A model generated the notes under the pieces. The model had not been told where the DNA came from. It did no database searches and was given only the letters and a program-made list of their open reading frames with translations. From contig JBAXAI010000001.1 in assembly GCA_037142615.1 (NCBI GenBank), forward strand, positions 384,001 through 448,000: a DNA stretch of 64,000 nucleotides. The letters run 5' to 3'. The translations under genes were made by a program, and so were the position numbers. This stretch comes from Spirochaetales bacterium. Lineage in GTDB: Bacteria > Spirochaetota > Spirochaetia > JABEVK01. Positions 18,919 to 28,957 of this stretch are shown here, one piece after another. Position 1 is the stretch's first letter. Every line of letters begins with the position of its first letter.

Positions 18919-21531
18919 CTAGTATTCCATACCGAAGGCCACCACCAGCTTCATGTCGAGCACATCGCCGAATAGACCGTCGCCTTTGCTCCACGTGACG
19001 CCACCGGCGTCGATCTGGAAAGGCTTGGTGACAAAGAGCGACAGCGGGAACTGGGGACTGACGATCCGCGCTCCGGTCCCCAGAGAGAACTGGTGCGAGG
19101 AAAGTGGCACGTCTGTGACAGAAGTATAGGAACTGCTCACGTTCAAAAGCAAGGCATCGTCGATGAAAGTGTCCCACCACGCAAAGCTTCCCAAGTAGGG
19201 AATCGGTGTGCGGAACTCGGCACCGCTGACGAACGACAGCTTACCAGCGTTCTGGTACCCCCAGCCCCGGCCCGACATCATGCCGTCAATGTAGAGTTCG
19301 TCGGCAGGCTGCACGGCAAGGACCCCAGTGCCCCCTACCGGCCCCAGGAGGTTGCTCATGGCTACACGGGCCTTGAACACCCCGTCGAAATCCCAACCGT
19401 CAGCGACCGGTAGGCTGAACGCTTTGAAAAACCCATCCAGACGGGAATCGAAGCGCGTGTAGTGGGTCGAACCGCCCAGAAATCCGCCCGAGAGCGTGAC
19501 GGTTTCCGAGGCCAGAAAGCCGCTGGTCGGGTTGTACACGATGTCGCGGGTGTCCCAGGTGCCCTTGGTCCAGATCTGGTTCGACCACAGCCACTGACCA
19601 AGATTCTCGCGGAGCGACTTGTTCGCAGGCCGGTAGGCGTTCGCGTCGTAGTAAATCGACTGGAGTGTCGTTTTTTCGCCCGTGCCTACGCTGAAGCGTC
19701 CCACAGGAGTGAACAACGAGTACCCCGTGTTGACTCCCAGGTTGAACTGCAGCGAATCGTACTGCATTTGGGCACCCTTTTTGAGGGTACCGTTGGCTTG
19801 ATCGTACAGATACTGGGTCTCGAGGCCGTAGGTCGCAATGTCAGAGTCACTCGGGACCCCAGGGAAGATCTGACCAGCCGCGTAGGCAACATTGTTGTAG
19901 GTCTTATCGGCGCTGAACACGTACGTCGTCTTGTCGTAGGGGTCGGGAATATCGCCGGTGGTATACACGGGCCCCAGAATGTCCTGGTCGACCTTGGAAT
20001 TGATGGTGTGGCTGAAGCCAAACTGACCGCCGAGGGTGATGCGCTGACCCAGCAGCCAGTTCTCGTTGTACGACAGGTTGAGATTCTGGCTCACCGGTGA
20101 AATCGTGGAATCGACGCCGATGGTCTGACCGGTGCCCATGAAGTTCTTATCCGACCACTTCACGTTGGCAGATACCGGAAAGTCAGAACTGCCGGAGAAG
20201 GTCAGGCCAAACGCGATATCGGCCGTTTTGCCCTCCTCCACGTTGAGGATCAGGTCCATGAGGCCATCGGCCGAACCCTGGGGGGTTTCGGGGCTGATAG
20301 TCGAAAAATACTGCAGGTTGTAAAGGTTACGGATCCCCGTGATGATCTTGGACTTGCTGAACACGTCGCCGACTTCGACGGGCAGCTCGCGCAGCACCAC
20401 GTTGTCATGGGTCTTCGTGTTCCCCCGCACCAGAATGTTCTCGATGTGGGCCCGGGGACGCTCGACGATGGTCACCTCGTAGCGGAGGGTGTTTCCTTCG
20501 CGTATCTCCTTGCGGGAAACCGAGTTGAAGATGTAACCGCTTTCGAGATAGATATCGATGACACGCTGGTAGTCGGCCTCGAGCCGTTCTTTGTTGAGCG
20601 TCTTGCCCGACGACTGCCGCAGCAGCGCGTTGAGTTCGCTGGTTGAGAAAATCTTGTTGCCCACATAGGTGAAACCACCGTAGTTCCACGGGCTCCCCTC
20701 GTTGACAGTAAGGACGATGGTGAGGACATTCCTTTCGGAAGCCGTGTCGAAGGTGATGGTTTTTTGCGTGTCGACGACGCGGGCATCGATGTAGCCGCGG
20801 TTCCAGTAGTAGTTTTCGATGCTACGGAGGTCCTTAACGAACGACGCTTCCTTGAACAGTCCCTGGTCGAAGAAAGACTGCGCTTTGGTGTCCATAACCG
20901 ACAACAACGCCGAGTCCGACGCGAATGAAAGTCCCTTGAACTCTATGGCCTTAACCGCAGTTTGAAGCCCCTCGTCGACCTGGAAGACGACCTTGGACCG
21001 GGTGTCACTCAGGTCCTGAATGCTGGAGTTGACCTTGGCGGCGAGAAAGCCCTTGTCCCGGTAGAGATTCAGAACCGCCGCTTCGTCGGTGGCCACCTTG
21101 TCGGTGTTGATCATGTCGCCTTTTTTGATTGTCACGACGGCTTGGAGGTCCGCAGAACGAAGCTTCGAGTTGCCCACGAACTCAATTTCGTCGACAAGAG
21201 CCTTTTCCTGGACTTTGAAGGACAAAACCACCGCAGACCCGGCTTCGTTTCCTTTGAGTGCCGTGGGCACGATAAGACCCTGAAAAAAGTCGAGGCCATA
21301 TAGCGCATTCTGGAGCTCCTGAAACAGCTCGTCGGAAAACGGCTTGCCGAGGAAAGGCTTGAGGACACCGTCAATCTCGGACCGCGCGACGGTTACCAGT
21401 CCTTCGAACCGGATGTCGGTGATGGGCTTACCCAAGTACCAGGCGTCGGTCGAGGCAGCTGGGGTCTGGCCCCCAACGGGAACCAGCACAGCCAGCAGGG
21501 TGGCCAGCAACAGAAAGCGGTGAAACTTCAT
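18919..21531 (-). CDS. bamA: Outer membrane protein assembly factor BamA
   Basis: Signal peptide, POTRA-like repeats (GNTKTHDNVVLRE), DKNFMGTGQ, GRGW loop motif, terminal aromatic residue. Confidence 0.95.
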   Translation of the reverse strand: MKFHRFLLLATLLAVLVPVGGQTPAASTDAWYLGKPITDIRFEGLVTVARSEIDGVLKPFLGKPFSDELFQELQNALYGLDFFQGLIVPTALKGNEAGSAVVLSFKVQEKALVDEIEFVGNSKLRSADLQAVVTIKKGDMINTDKVATDEAAVLNLYRDKGFLAAKVNSSIQDLSDTRSKVVFQVDEGLQTAVKAIEFKGLSFASDSALLSVMDTKAQSFFDQGLFKEASFVKDLRSIENYYWNRGYIDARVVDTQKTITFDTASERNVLTIVLTVNEGSPWNYGGFTYVGNKIFSTSELNALLRQSSGKTLNKERLEADYQRVIDIYLESGYIFNSVSRKEIREGNTLRYEVTIVERPRAHIENILVRGNTKTHDNVVLRELPVEVGDVFSKSKIITGIRNLYNLQYFSTISPETPQGSADGLMDLILNVEEGKTADIAFGLTFSGSSDFPVSANVKWSDKNFMGTGQTIGVDSTISPVSQNLNLSYNENWLLGQRITLGGQFGFSHTINSKVDQDILGPVYTTGDIPDPYDKTTYVFSADKTYNNVAYAAGQIFPGVPSDSDIATYGLETQYLYDQANGTLKKGAQMQYDSLQFNLGVNTGYSLFTPVGRFSVGTGEKTTLQSIYYDANAYRPANKSLRENLGQWLWSNQIWTKGTWDTRDIVYNPTSGFLASETVTLSGGFLGGSTHYTRFDSRLDGFFKAFSLPVADGWDFDGVFKARVAMSNLLGPVGGTGVLAVQPADELYIDGMMSGRGWGYQNAGKLSFVSGAEFRTPIPYLGSFAWWDTFIDDALLLNVSSSYTSVTDVPLSSHQFSLGTGARIVSPQFPLSLFVTKPFQIDAGGVTWSKGDGLFGDVLDMKLVVAFGMEY

Positions 21532-21548
21532 TCGGTCTCCTTCGATCA

Positions 21549-24500
21549 TCAATAACTCCAAACCCACTTGAACGTTACGGTATTGTCGGAAACAAAGAGG
21601 GTTTCCGGGTGCTGGGGCTGCATGGTCCAGTTCAAGCCGAAGAACGGCGTCTGGAAGTCCATGGAGATCTCAGGCTCCACCAGCAACGGGGTGGTCTGCT
21701 GTTGGGAAACAACGGTGTTCTGCCGGAACGCGACGCTCCCTTGGAGGAACAGATCGTCGCCCAGATACTTTCCGAAAAACACCCGTGTGTTGTCAAGATA
21801 ATCGGATGCACCCAGCGGGGCATTTCCGCCCAAAAGCGACTTTTTCAGGATCTCAGTCTTTACCGAGAAGAGGTCCAGGCTGAAGTTCTTCTTCACAGAC
21901 TCCTCAAAAGGCTTGAGGAGGAAGCTCGTTCCAACGTCGGAGGCCAGGGAAAGGGCCGTCTTGAGTCCTGTTGTTTGGGCGTAGTCGGTGGGCAGCGACA
22001 AGGTGTTGCCGACCAATTGCTGAAGTTCCTCGGGAGTGCGGTAGGGGTCGGAAGTAAACCGGGGGCTGAACTTGGAAAGCGGGCTGTCGCCGCGAAGGGT
22101 GATGGTCATCGGTCCGGTGTCCGTACGGGTCTTGAGCTCGGCGCGCACCACCAGTCGCGGATCGATGCCGTTTTCGTCATCGTTGAAAGTCACCGAACCC
22201 TCCCTGAGCGTAAAGGTCTGGTTCAGGTAATTGAGCTCACCTGTCTTAAGGTCGAGCTTGCCGATCAGCGCGAAATCGTTGACCGCTTCGTTCCAGTGGA
22301 TGAACAGCGACTGGTTGGTCGCCATGACAGCCCGCAGCACAGGAAACTGCTGGCTGGGAAAAACAAACTCAACGTTTCGGCCGGAAACCACTGTCAGATC
22401 GGAATTGATGCCAAAGTAGTCGCCACCCGAGGGGATGTAGCTGCCCTGCGCCATCGAAACGACCGAATCGTGAGCTGTCATCTTGCCGCCCAGAATGAGC
22501 GAGGTTGGATTGCCTTTGACCGTCAGCAACCCCGTCGCTATTCCGTCGGCCCGGATCCCCATGCCCAAGTAGCTGTAGGGCAGCGACGAGGCTACGTCGG
22601 TCTCGAGCGAAAGCTGGTATTCCTGGGGAAGCAGGTGGTCGAGCGCGGCGAGCCCGGAGAGGGTCCAGATCTGGCCGCTGGGGCCGATGTTGCTTGGAAC
22701 AATCTTGAGACTGCGCCCAAGGAACTCAAGGTTCACCGTCACCGGACCAATGGTCTGTCGGATATAGGGGGTGTCGAACACCAATTCTGCGACGCTGCCC
22801 TTCCCGGTAATCTCGGGGTCGGTCAGGAGCCCGGCGACGACAAACGAACCCGAGAGAATACCGGCTTTGAGGTTGAGCAACCGCTTGTCGGGCAGTTCGC
22901 GCAAAAGCGCGAGGTCCAGACGGGCGTCCTCAATCTGGAGTTGCACCTTGCCACCGGCCAACCGACCCGAAGCGTGGCCCTGCAAGGGGAACGGCAGCTT
23001 CGCCTGAGCCACCAACCGGCCGTCCAGGTCGCCTTCCGCCGACGCCGAGCCATCGTCGAGCGCCAGCTTCCACAGGCCTTCGTCCAGCGAGGCGGACAAA
23101 CTCCAGTCCGGCATCTTGTTGCCTGAGAGTGCCACTTGGGTCGCCTTCAGACCGGTGGAAAGTGACGGGGAAAGGGTTCCCGCGTTCCAGGTTCCCCGAT
23201 TGACAACTTGGGCCGACCAGCGGTTGGTCCCGAACCGGAGCGTGGTAGGCAAGGTGGCGGCCCAGGCCCGGATTCCCAGATCGAGGTCGAGCGTGCCGTC
23301 GGCAATGGCCAGCGGGTCCAGCGCGACCTGAAGCTGGTAGAGGTGCGCCTTCGTGAGCGAACCTTCGGCGTTGAACTTGAGTCCCAGAGGGCTGTCACCC
23401 CAGTGGGCCTCGGAAACGGTAGCCGCGACGGTCCAGGTAGAATCTGCACCCTTCAGCTCAAGGTTGCCCTTGGCTGCAACCCGTCCACGGAATGGAGCCG
23501 AAATCCAGCGGCCCAGGTCGAGGCGTGTTGTCGTGAACGTCACCTGGCCTACTTCCCACGAACTGAGATTCCAACCGACATCGATCGCCTCGGTTCCATC
23601 CAGTCCCTGCAAGGAAAGGCTGCCAACCCACGGGGTGCCGAAGTCGAGATTCCAGTTGCCCGAAACCGTGCCCTGAAGACGGTTGTGCGAGTCCCGGAGT
23701 GAAACCGACGTGAAGGTCGCCGCGTCGCCCTGGATCACTCCCTGGGTCTGCAGGAAGAAAGGCTCGGCGTTCCAAGGGTAAACCCCTTCGAGGTCTGCCT
23801 TGTCAAACTGTAGGGCAAGTCCCGAACTGCGACGCTGCGCCGTCACGTGGAACCCCGTCTTGAAACCACCGGGGACGAGCAGCTCATCCAGCTTGAGTTC
23901 ACCGTCCCAGTCAGCGAGTGTCACGTCACCGTCCTGAGGGACGAACCAACCTGCCAAACCGTGAGAACCGCTGAAGGAAAGGCGGTGGCCCTCGACGTCG
24001 TAGAGTCCTGTCACATCAAAGCGCTGGCCCCAAACCCCAGCCTGTAGTTGCCACGACAGCAAGGAGGAAGACTGAAGGTCCGCCTGCAAGTCTGCCGTGA
24101 AGTCCAGTCCGTCCCAATGAAAAATCCCGTTCTTGAGGCGCAGCAGGCTATTTTGGAAGTCGGCCGAAAACTGCCCGGTACGCTCGGGTGTCGCCGGATC
24201 GGCAAAGCTCACATCAAGGCCCAGCAGCGACCAGGACCCGGGTCCGAAGGACGCCGAGCCCTTTCCCTGCACGACGAAAGCAGCCAGGTCGGCCGGAAGG
24301 TTGACGGTCTGATGGATTCCCTCGGCCAGCTGCGCGGCAAACGACAACGGAAGATCAGTAACCTGAAAGCTGACCGGAAACACTTGGTCGACGAGACTTC
24401 CTTTGCCGCCCAGAACGATGCGGGTCGCAAGGCCTTGGCTGTCGTGAAACGCCTCTGCCGAGCCCGCTACCAGGTCGCCGTCGCGTTCAAACCACCCGGT

Positions 24501-25787
24501 GACGGTCCGGAAGTCCAGGTTCTGCCAGCGAAGCTCGTCGCTGGTGAAGTTGACCGTGTTGCCCGATCTGGTGAGTTCGGCCGAACCGGAAACCGTCCCA
24601 AAACTTTGGTCAGTCCAGTGGTCAAGCACCAGATGTCCGTCGGGAAGCCAGGAATCGGTGCTGAGAGTTCCGTCAAACGACGCACCCAGAACCGGCGACT
24701 CGAACGAGGTCTCCTGGAAGGTCACCACCCCGGGAACCGCATTCACCTTTCCCCGGACAACCGAGGATTCGAGGAGCAGTCCGGTGCTGTCGAGACCCGA
24801 AGGAAGGCCTGCCTCACCGTTGGCCTGAAAAGCCCATGCCTTCAGGTCGTTCGAAAGCTGCAGCGAAAACTGCCCGGTCAGCGTTGTCGCCAACAGTTTC
24901 GAGACCACTTCAGACTGCTTCCAGACGATGAGTTGACTGGGCTGAAAATGGTCGGCCGTAACGCCGATCGAGGTCTCCTGGGTCTGTGTATCGTAGCGAA
25001 TGCGGAAGTCGAACGGCAGGCTGTCCTGCACCTTTACAAGCTCGACTTCGCTCGGGTTGATGCGAAGTTGAACGTGAAGTGGAGCCAGGTCGAGAAGGTT
25101 GCTGGTGACCCGGGAGGTTCTTGCCTGGATGGAAAGCACGTTGAACTGGGGGTTGGTCTTGAGGTCGCCGTCAAATTGGCCTTGCACCTGTTTGAGGAGG
25201 TTCCCCTTCGTGGGAAACGCGGCTTGAACCTCACCCCGGAACATCAGGCGGTAGTCCGAGCCTTCGCGGGTAAACTGAAAAAAGCCCCGCTCAAGGCCCA
25301 ATGTTTCTGTAGGGCTGTTCCAGGCCAGCGAGACATTGAAGCCTTCGATAGGAGGAATTGAGCCTTGCTGGGCCGGCGCTGCGAGATAGGCTCTGACCCG
25401 ATCCAGAAGTTCGCCATCGAGTCTGGGGTCCAGCTCGACAGAGCCGTTGATAATCTGAACCCGCTGAACCAGGTCATCGAGTTTTCCGGTCAGGAAGGCG
25501 GTCCAGTTCCAGCGCAGGCGTACTGATGCCGCCTTGACCACGGTGTGCCCTTGAGGCGTCGACACTTCCACCCCAAGGAACTCGAACGCTTCCAGAATGT
25601 TGGGCGAAAGCGATTGATAGTGGAAGGTCAGGCCGACCTGACGTTCCAGTTGCTGGACAAAAGAGTCTTTTTGCGTGGTCATGAAACCGTCAAGTTGCGA
25701 CCAGATGCGGGGAGTCAGGCTCAAGACGCCGACGGCGAAGATTCCCGCAACGACCAGCACCAGGACTCTCAGCGGAGAAGTCTTCAT
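21549..25787 (-). CDS. tamB: TamB/AsmA-like translocation and assembly protein
   Basis: About 1400 aa, N-terminal TM anchor, beta-rich, C-terminal DUF490-like region (GIDPRLVVRAE, FGKYLGDDLF); immediately upstream of bamA. Confidence 0.85.
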   Translation of the reverse strand: MKTSPLRVLVLVVAGIFAVGVLSLTPRIWSQLDGFMTTQKDSFVQQLERQVGLTFHYQSLSPNILEAFEFLGVEVSTPQGHTVVKAASVRLRWNWTAFLTGKLDDLVQRVQIINGSVELDPRLDGELLDRVRAYLAAPAQQGSIPPIEGFNVSLAWNSPTETLGLERGFFQFTREGSDYRLMFRGEVQAAFPTKGNLLKQVQGQFDGDLKTNPQFNVLSIQARTSRVTSNLLDLAPLHVQLRINPSEVELVKVQDSLPFDFRIRYDTQTQETSIGVTADHFQPSQLIVWKQSEVVSKLLATTLTGQFSLQLSNDLKAWAFQANGEAGLPSGLDSTGLLLESSVVRGKVNAVPGVVTFQETSFESPVLGASFDGTLSTDSWLPDGHLVLDHWTDQSFGTVSGSAELTRSGNTVNFTSDELRWQNLDFRTVTGWFERDGDLVAGSAEAFHDSQGLATRIVLGGKGSLVDQVFPVSFQVTDLPLSFAAQLAEGIHQTVNLPADLAAFVVQGKGSASFGPGSWSLLGLDVSFADPATPERTGQFSADFQNSLLRLKNGIFHWDGLDFTADLQADLQSSSLLSWQLQAGVWGQRFDVTGLYDVEGHRLSFSGSHGLAGWFVPQDGDVTLADWDGELKLDELLVPGGFKTGFHVTAQRRSSGLALQFDKADLEGVYPWNAEPFFLQTQGVIQGDAATFTSVSLRDSHNRLQGTVSGNWNLDFGTPWVGSLSLQGLDGTEAIDVGWNLSSWEVGQVTFTTTRLDLGRWISAPFRGRVAAKGNLELKGADSTWTVAATVSEAHWGDSPLGLKFNAEGSLTKAHLYQLQVALDPLAIADGTLDLDLGIRAWAATLPTTLRFGTNRWSAQVVNRGTWNAGTLSPSLSTGLKATQVALSGNKMPDWSLSASLDEGLWKLALDDGSASAEGDLDGRLVAQAKLPFPLQGHASGRLAGGKVQLQIEDARLDLALLRELPDKRLLNLKAGILSGSFVVAGLLTDPEITGKGSVAELVFDTPYIRQTIGPVTVNLEFLGRSLKIVPSNIGPSGQIWTLSGLAALDHLLPQEYQLSLETDVASSLPYSYLGMGIRADGIATGLLTVKGNPTSLILGGKMTAHDSVVSMAQGSYIPSGGDYFGINSDLTVVSGRNVEFVFPSQQFPVLRAVMATNQSLFIHWNEAVNDFALIGKLDLKTGELNYLNQTFTLREGSVTFNDDENGIDPRLVVRAELKTRTDTGPMTITLRGDSPLSKFSPRFTSDPYRTPEELQQLVGNTLSLPTDYAQTTGLKTALSLASDVGTSFLLKPFEESVKKNFSLDLFSVKTEILKKSLLGGNAPLGASDYLDNTRVFFGKYLGDDLFLQGSVAFRQNTVVSQQQTTPLLVEPEISMDFQTPFFGLNWTMQPQHPETLFVSDNTVTFKWVWSY

Positions 25788-26422
25788 TCCGGACGTCCCA
25801 CTTCCAGGATCAGCGTCCACCGGAGCGTGTAGGGCTGGGCAGAAGTCGAGGCCGGAAAAGTCGCATCGCGCAACCAGGTCCGCAACCAGAGGTCCAACTC
25901 GGGATTGCCTTCGCCGAGCCCCTCAATTGACGTGGCGAAACCGCCCTCGGCAGGCACCGAAAACACAAGGTTCCAACGTGCTCCTTGGGGAGGGACCAAA
26001 GACGGCGGAGGAAGCGGAGGAAGTTCGTGTCCTTCCGTCCGTGAACCCGAGCCCCAACCTGGTTTGGGAAGCTCCGGCGGTTCCGCCGTGGCGGTGACCA
26101 GGCCGGCCAAGAGCTCGTCGAGGCTTGCAGAAGAGGAGGTGAAAGCCAATAACTCGGGTGTTTGGCCCGGCAAATCCGTCGGTTGCCAAGCCCCCGTGAC
26201 GTTGACAGTCGCAGCGCTAACAGGAGGAGAGTATGGCAGCTTCCGCCCGGAACTCCCCGAGGCCGACGCGGGGCCGGAAACCGCCGACGCTGCCGTGAGA
26301 TGCATTTGGATGCGTTCCGGAGGTGCGGGAAGCAGGTTCTCGAGCCCCCAGGCGAACAAGGCCACCACCACGAGGTGCCCGGCGGCTGATACCAACCACG
26401 GACCTTTCGCGTGAAGGGTCAC
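25784..26422 (-). CDS. TonB-like protein (N-terminal TM anchor, Pro/Ser-rich linker, small C-terminal domain)
   Basis: SAAGH (SxxxH) TM motif typical of TonB/TolA anchors; C-terminal GNPELD...ATFP; follows exbBD. Confidence 0.6.
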   Translation of the reverse strand: MTLHAKGPWLVSAAGHLVVVALFAWGLENLLPAPPERIQMHLTAASAVSGPASASGSSGRKLPYSPPVSAATVNVTGAWQPTDLPGQTPELLAFTSSSASLDELLAGLVTATAEPPELPKPGWGSGSRTEGHELPPLPPPSLVPPQGARWNLVFSVPAEGGFATSIEGLGEGNPELDLWLRTWLRDATFPASTSAQPYTLRWTLILEVGRPE

Positions 26423-26848
26423 TCACCGGCTCCCGCGCGTCTGGGTCAACAGAGAAATGTCGGTGACCCCTTGGGCTCTGAGGGCGTCCATGACGGCGAT
26501 CAGCAGGGCGTAGGGAATTTCTTCGTCACCCTGCACCACTGCGGACGACCGGGCCGAGCCCAGGGTCGTCAATATCTGCCGGAGAACGGCCGAGAAACCT
26601 TCCAGGGTCACGGTCCGCCCTTGAAGGACCAGCGTGGAATCGCGGGTGATCGAGACGGTCAAGGTGTCGGTTGTCACCAGTTGGCCAGTCTGCGCGTCGG
26701 GAAGTTTGACGTCGATGGCCCCTTGAATCTGAAAACTGACGCTCAACACGAAGCAGATCAGCACCAGAAGCACGTCGATCAGTGGAGTTAGGAGCAGAGA
26801 CGGTGGTTCGCTGGACGTGCGGCGGAGCCGATAGGCCGGCTCAACCAC
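26423..26848 (-). CDS. exbD: ExbD/TolR family biopolymer transporter
   Basis: LTPLIDVLLVLICF, VKLPDA, GDEEIPY...VMDALR; GTG start overlapping the exbB stop. Confidence 0.88.
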   Translation of the reverse strand: MVEPAYRLRRTSSEPPSLLLTPLIDVLLVLICFVLSVSFQIQGAIDVKLPDAQTGQLVTTDTLTVSITRDSTLVLQGRTVTLEGFSAVLRQILTTLGSARSSAVVQGDEEIPYALLIAVMDALRAQGVTDISLLTQTRGSR

Positions 26849-27449
26849 CTTGGGGCTCTCCGGTCGCCGACAGTTGCCCGGGAGCGGGGGAAGGTCCCAA
26901 CGCGGCAAGCACTGACTCAAGCTGGGACGTCAGGCCCAGCAGGTACTTCTGGAAGACCGCGTGCGCGCCGAGGCTGGGAATCGCGGTGACCAACCCGAGC
27001 GCGGTAGCGACCAACGCCTGAGCGATTCCCCCGGCCAAGGCTGACGGATCGGCCCCTCCCCCGGCCCGCAGGGCCAGGAACGAGACGATCATTCCGCACA
27101 CTGTGCCAAAGAGCCCGGCCAACGTCGCGAGATTGGCGAGGGCCGGGAAGTAGGCCAGCCGTTCCTCCAGCGGTGCCAGTAGATTCTGGGCCCGCATTTG
27201 CCGTAGGGCCGCCGACTCGTGGGCGTAGGCCAAAAGCTGAGCTACCGGGTGCGAAGGACCGGCTAGCGCGATGGCGCCGCGGAAATCGCCCGCGAGCGCA
27301 TGGTCGACAACTTCGGAAGCCGCCGGCCCGGCCAACGGTCGGGCCCCCTTCCAGTCCCCGAGTTTGGACAAAATCAACCCGACTGCGTACACCGAGAGCG
27401 CCAAGAGAGGAAGGACAAAGATCCCCATCTGCTGCAGAAAACCAATCAT
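26841..27449 (-). CDS. exbB: MotA/TolQ/ExbB proton channel family protein
   Basis: ATLAGLFGTVCGMIVSF, GIAQALVATALGLVTAIP. Confidence 0.9.
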   Translation of the reverse strand: MIGFLQQMGIFVLPLLALSVYAVGLILSKLGDWKGARPLAGPAASEVVDHALAGDFRGAIALAGPSHPVAQLLAYAHESAALRQMRAQNLLAPLEERLAYFPALANLATLAGLFGTVCGMIVSFLALRAGGGADPSALAGGIAQALVATALGLVTAIPSLGAHAVFQKYLLGLTSQLESVLAALGPSPAPGQLSATGEPQGG

Positions 27450-27706
27450 GCGAGCAACTCCTCGAGGGTAACCGGGACAGGGTCTCGGCTTTCATTACCC
27501 GACTCGGAGGGGAACGTGACCGACTGCCAGATCGCCGCTGGGGGCTTTAATAGCGGTGGGGGTGAAGGAATTGCTGGGGGGCTGGAGGGTGCCTTCAGAA
27601 AATCCGTGTCGAAAGCCCGGATCTCGGTGACACCAAAGGTTTGTGACCCGATGACGAAAGGCAAAAAGAGCCCTAGAATGACCGCCAATATCCGTGTGAA
27701 ACGCAC
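27446..27706 (-). CDS. Small exported or membrane-anchored hypothetical protein
   Basis: Signal-peptide-like N-terminus, Pro-rich; stop overlaps the exbB start; extended -10 TGGTATACT 6 nt before GTG. Confidence 0.5.
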   Translation of the reverse strand: MRFTRILAVILGLFLPFVIGSQTFGVTEIRAFDTDFLKAPSSPPAIPSPPPLLKPPAAIWQSVTFPSESGNESRDPVPVTLEELLA

Positions 27707-27726
27707 AAAGAGAGTATACCAGAATT

Positions 27727-28350
27727 ATGCACACTGACAAAAGGGAAGTTCTGCACGGCTTTTTCGTTCTCGAGGGCATCGATGGGGCTGGAACGACCAC
27801 TCAACTTCGCCGCCTTGAGGCCCGTGCCGTCGAGACCGGCCTTTCGCTGCGTGCCGATTGCGAACCTACACCCTATCCGGCTGGCGTGCTGATCCGGCAA
27901 ATCCTCCGCCGCGAGGTTACCGCGCACCCCGGGACGATCGCACGCCTGTTTGCCGCCGACCGCCAGCAGCACCTGGAAGGTTTGGGAGGGATCCGCGAGG
28001 CCGTTTCGGGCGGGATCAAGGTCCTGTCTGACCGCTACTTTTTCAGCAGTCTTGCCTATCAGAGCCTGGAGTGCGGCTGGGAAGCCGTGGCCGAGCTGAA
28101 CGCCGGTTTTCCGCTCCCGGAAGCCCTTTTCTTTCTGGACATCGAAGTCATGACCGCCCAACACCGAATCAACAGCCGGGGCCAGGCCCGCGAGATCTAC
28201 GAAGACGCACTTGTGCAGGAAAAAGTCCGGCAAGGCTATCACCGCGCCATCGATGAAGCTCAGGCTCAGGGGCTCGAAGTGCACCGTCTCGATGCAAGGC
28301 TGGGTGTCGAAGAGTTGACAGACTCCATTTGGGCCAGAATCTGCCGATAA
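27727..28350 (+). CDS. tmk: Thymidylate kinase
   Basis: LEGIDGAGTTTQ P-loop, LFAADR, SDRYFFSSLAYQ. Confidence 0.93.
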   Translation: MHTDKREVLHGFFVLEGIDGAGTTTQLRRLEARAVETGLSLRADCEPTPYPAGVLIRQILRREVTAHPGTIARLFAADRQQHLEGLGGIREAVSGGIKVLSDRYFFSSLAYQSLECGWEAVAELNAGFPLPEALFFLDIEVMTAQHRINSRGQAREIYEDALVQEKVRQGYHRAIDEAQAQGLEVHRLDARLGVEELTDSIWARICR

Positions 28351-28357
28351 TCTGGGA

Positions 28358-28957
28358 ATGAAGCGCCTCGCGGCCGTCCTGGTGATGCTGGGACTGCTGG
28401 CCTCACCGGCTCACGCCTACAAGATTCTCTACGCCGAGCAGTGGTACAAGCTTGTTCACCGCCACCTCGAGGAAGACCCCGACAACGCGCTGGAGAACAT
28501 CTACTATCTGGAACGGGCGCTCCGGTCTGACTTTGCGAATCCCCTGAATGCTCTGACCAAGGTCGATACTCCCGACCAGTGGGAACACTACCGTGACCTG
28601 TTCCGCATGCACGTCAACCTGACGCTTGTTCAACAGACCCTGACTCTGGGCAGCAACTACGACAAGCAGAATGCCTACTTCTACAACTACCCCTGGAAAT
28701 GGGCAAACCTCGACAGCCTAAAAAAGGCCGAGGCCGTTTACCAGACCGCAAAAGGCTACTGGACCGAAGCGCAGGCCGAGGCCGTCAAAGCCAACGCCAA
28801 GCCGTGGATGTTCCTGCCCGATTTGCAGTTCTGGCAGGACGAGGCGTTCCGGATTGGGAATGGAGACCTGAACTACGGCAAGACGATCGACAAGGCTCTG
28901 ACCCACCTGGAGGGCGTCCGCAAGGCCTTCGAGGCCATGGGACCGACTACCTACTGA
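28358..28957 (+). CDS. Exported hypothetical protein
   Basis: Signal peptide (AHA|Y), strong codon bias, YAEQWYKL..H motif. Confidence 0.75.
   Translation: MKRLAAVLVMLGLLASPAHAYKILYAEQWYKLVHRHLEEDPDNALENIYYLERALRSDFANPLNALTKVDTPDQWEHYRDLFRMHVNLTLVQQTLTLGSNYDKQNAYFYNYPWKWANLDSLKKAEAVYQTAKGYWTEAQAEAVKANAKPWMFLPDLQFWQDEAFRIGNGDLNYGKTIDKALTHLEGVRKAFEAMGPTTY

Noticed and set aside
21609-25361. 505 aa and 437 aa plus-strand ORFs
   Set aside because: Antisense to tamB in GC-rich DNA; no RBS or domain signatures
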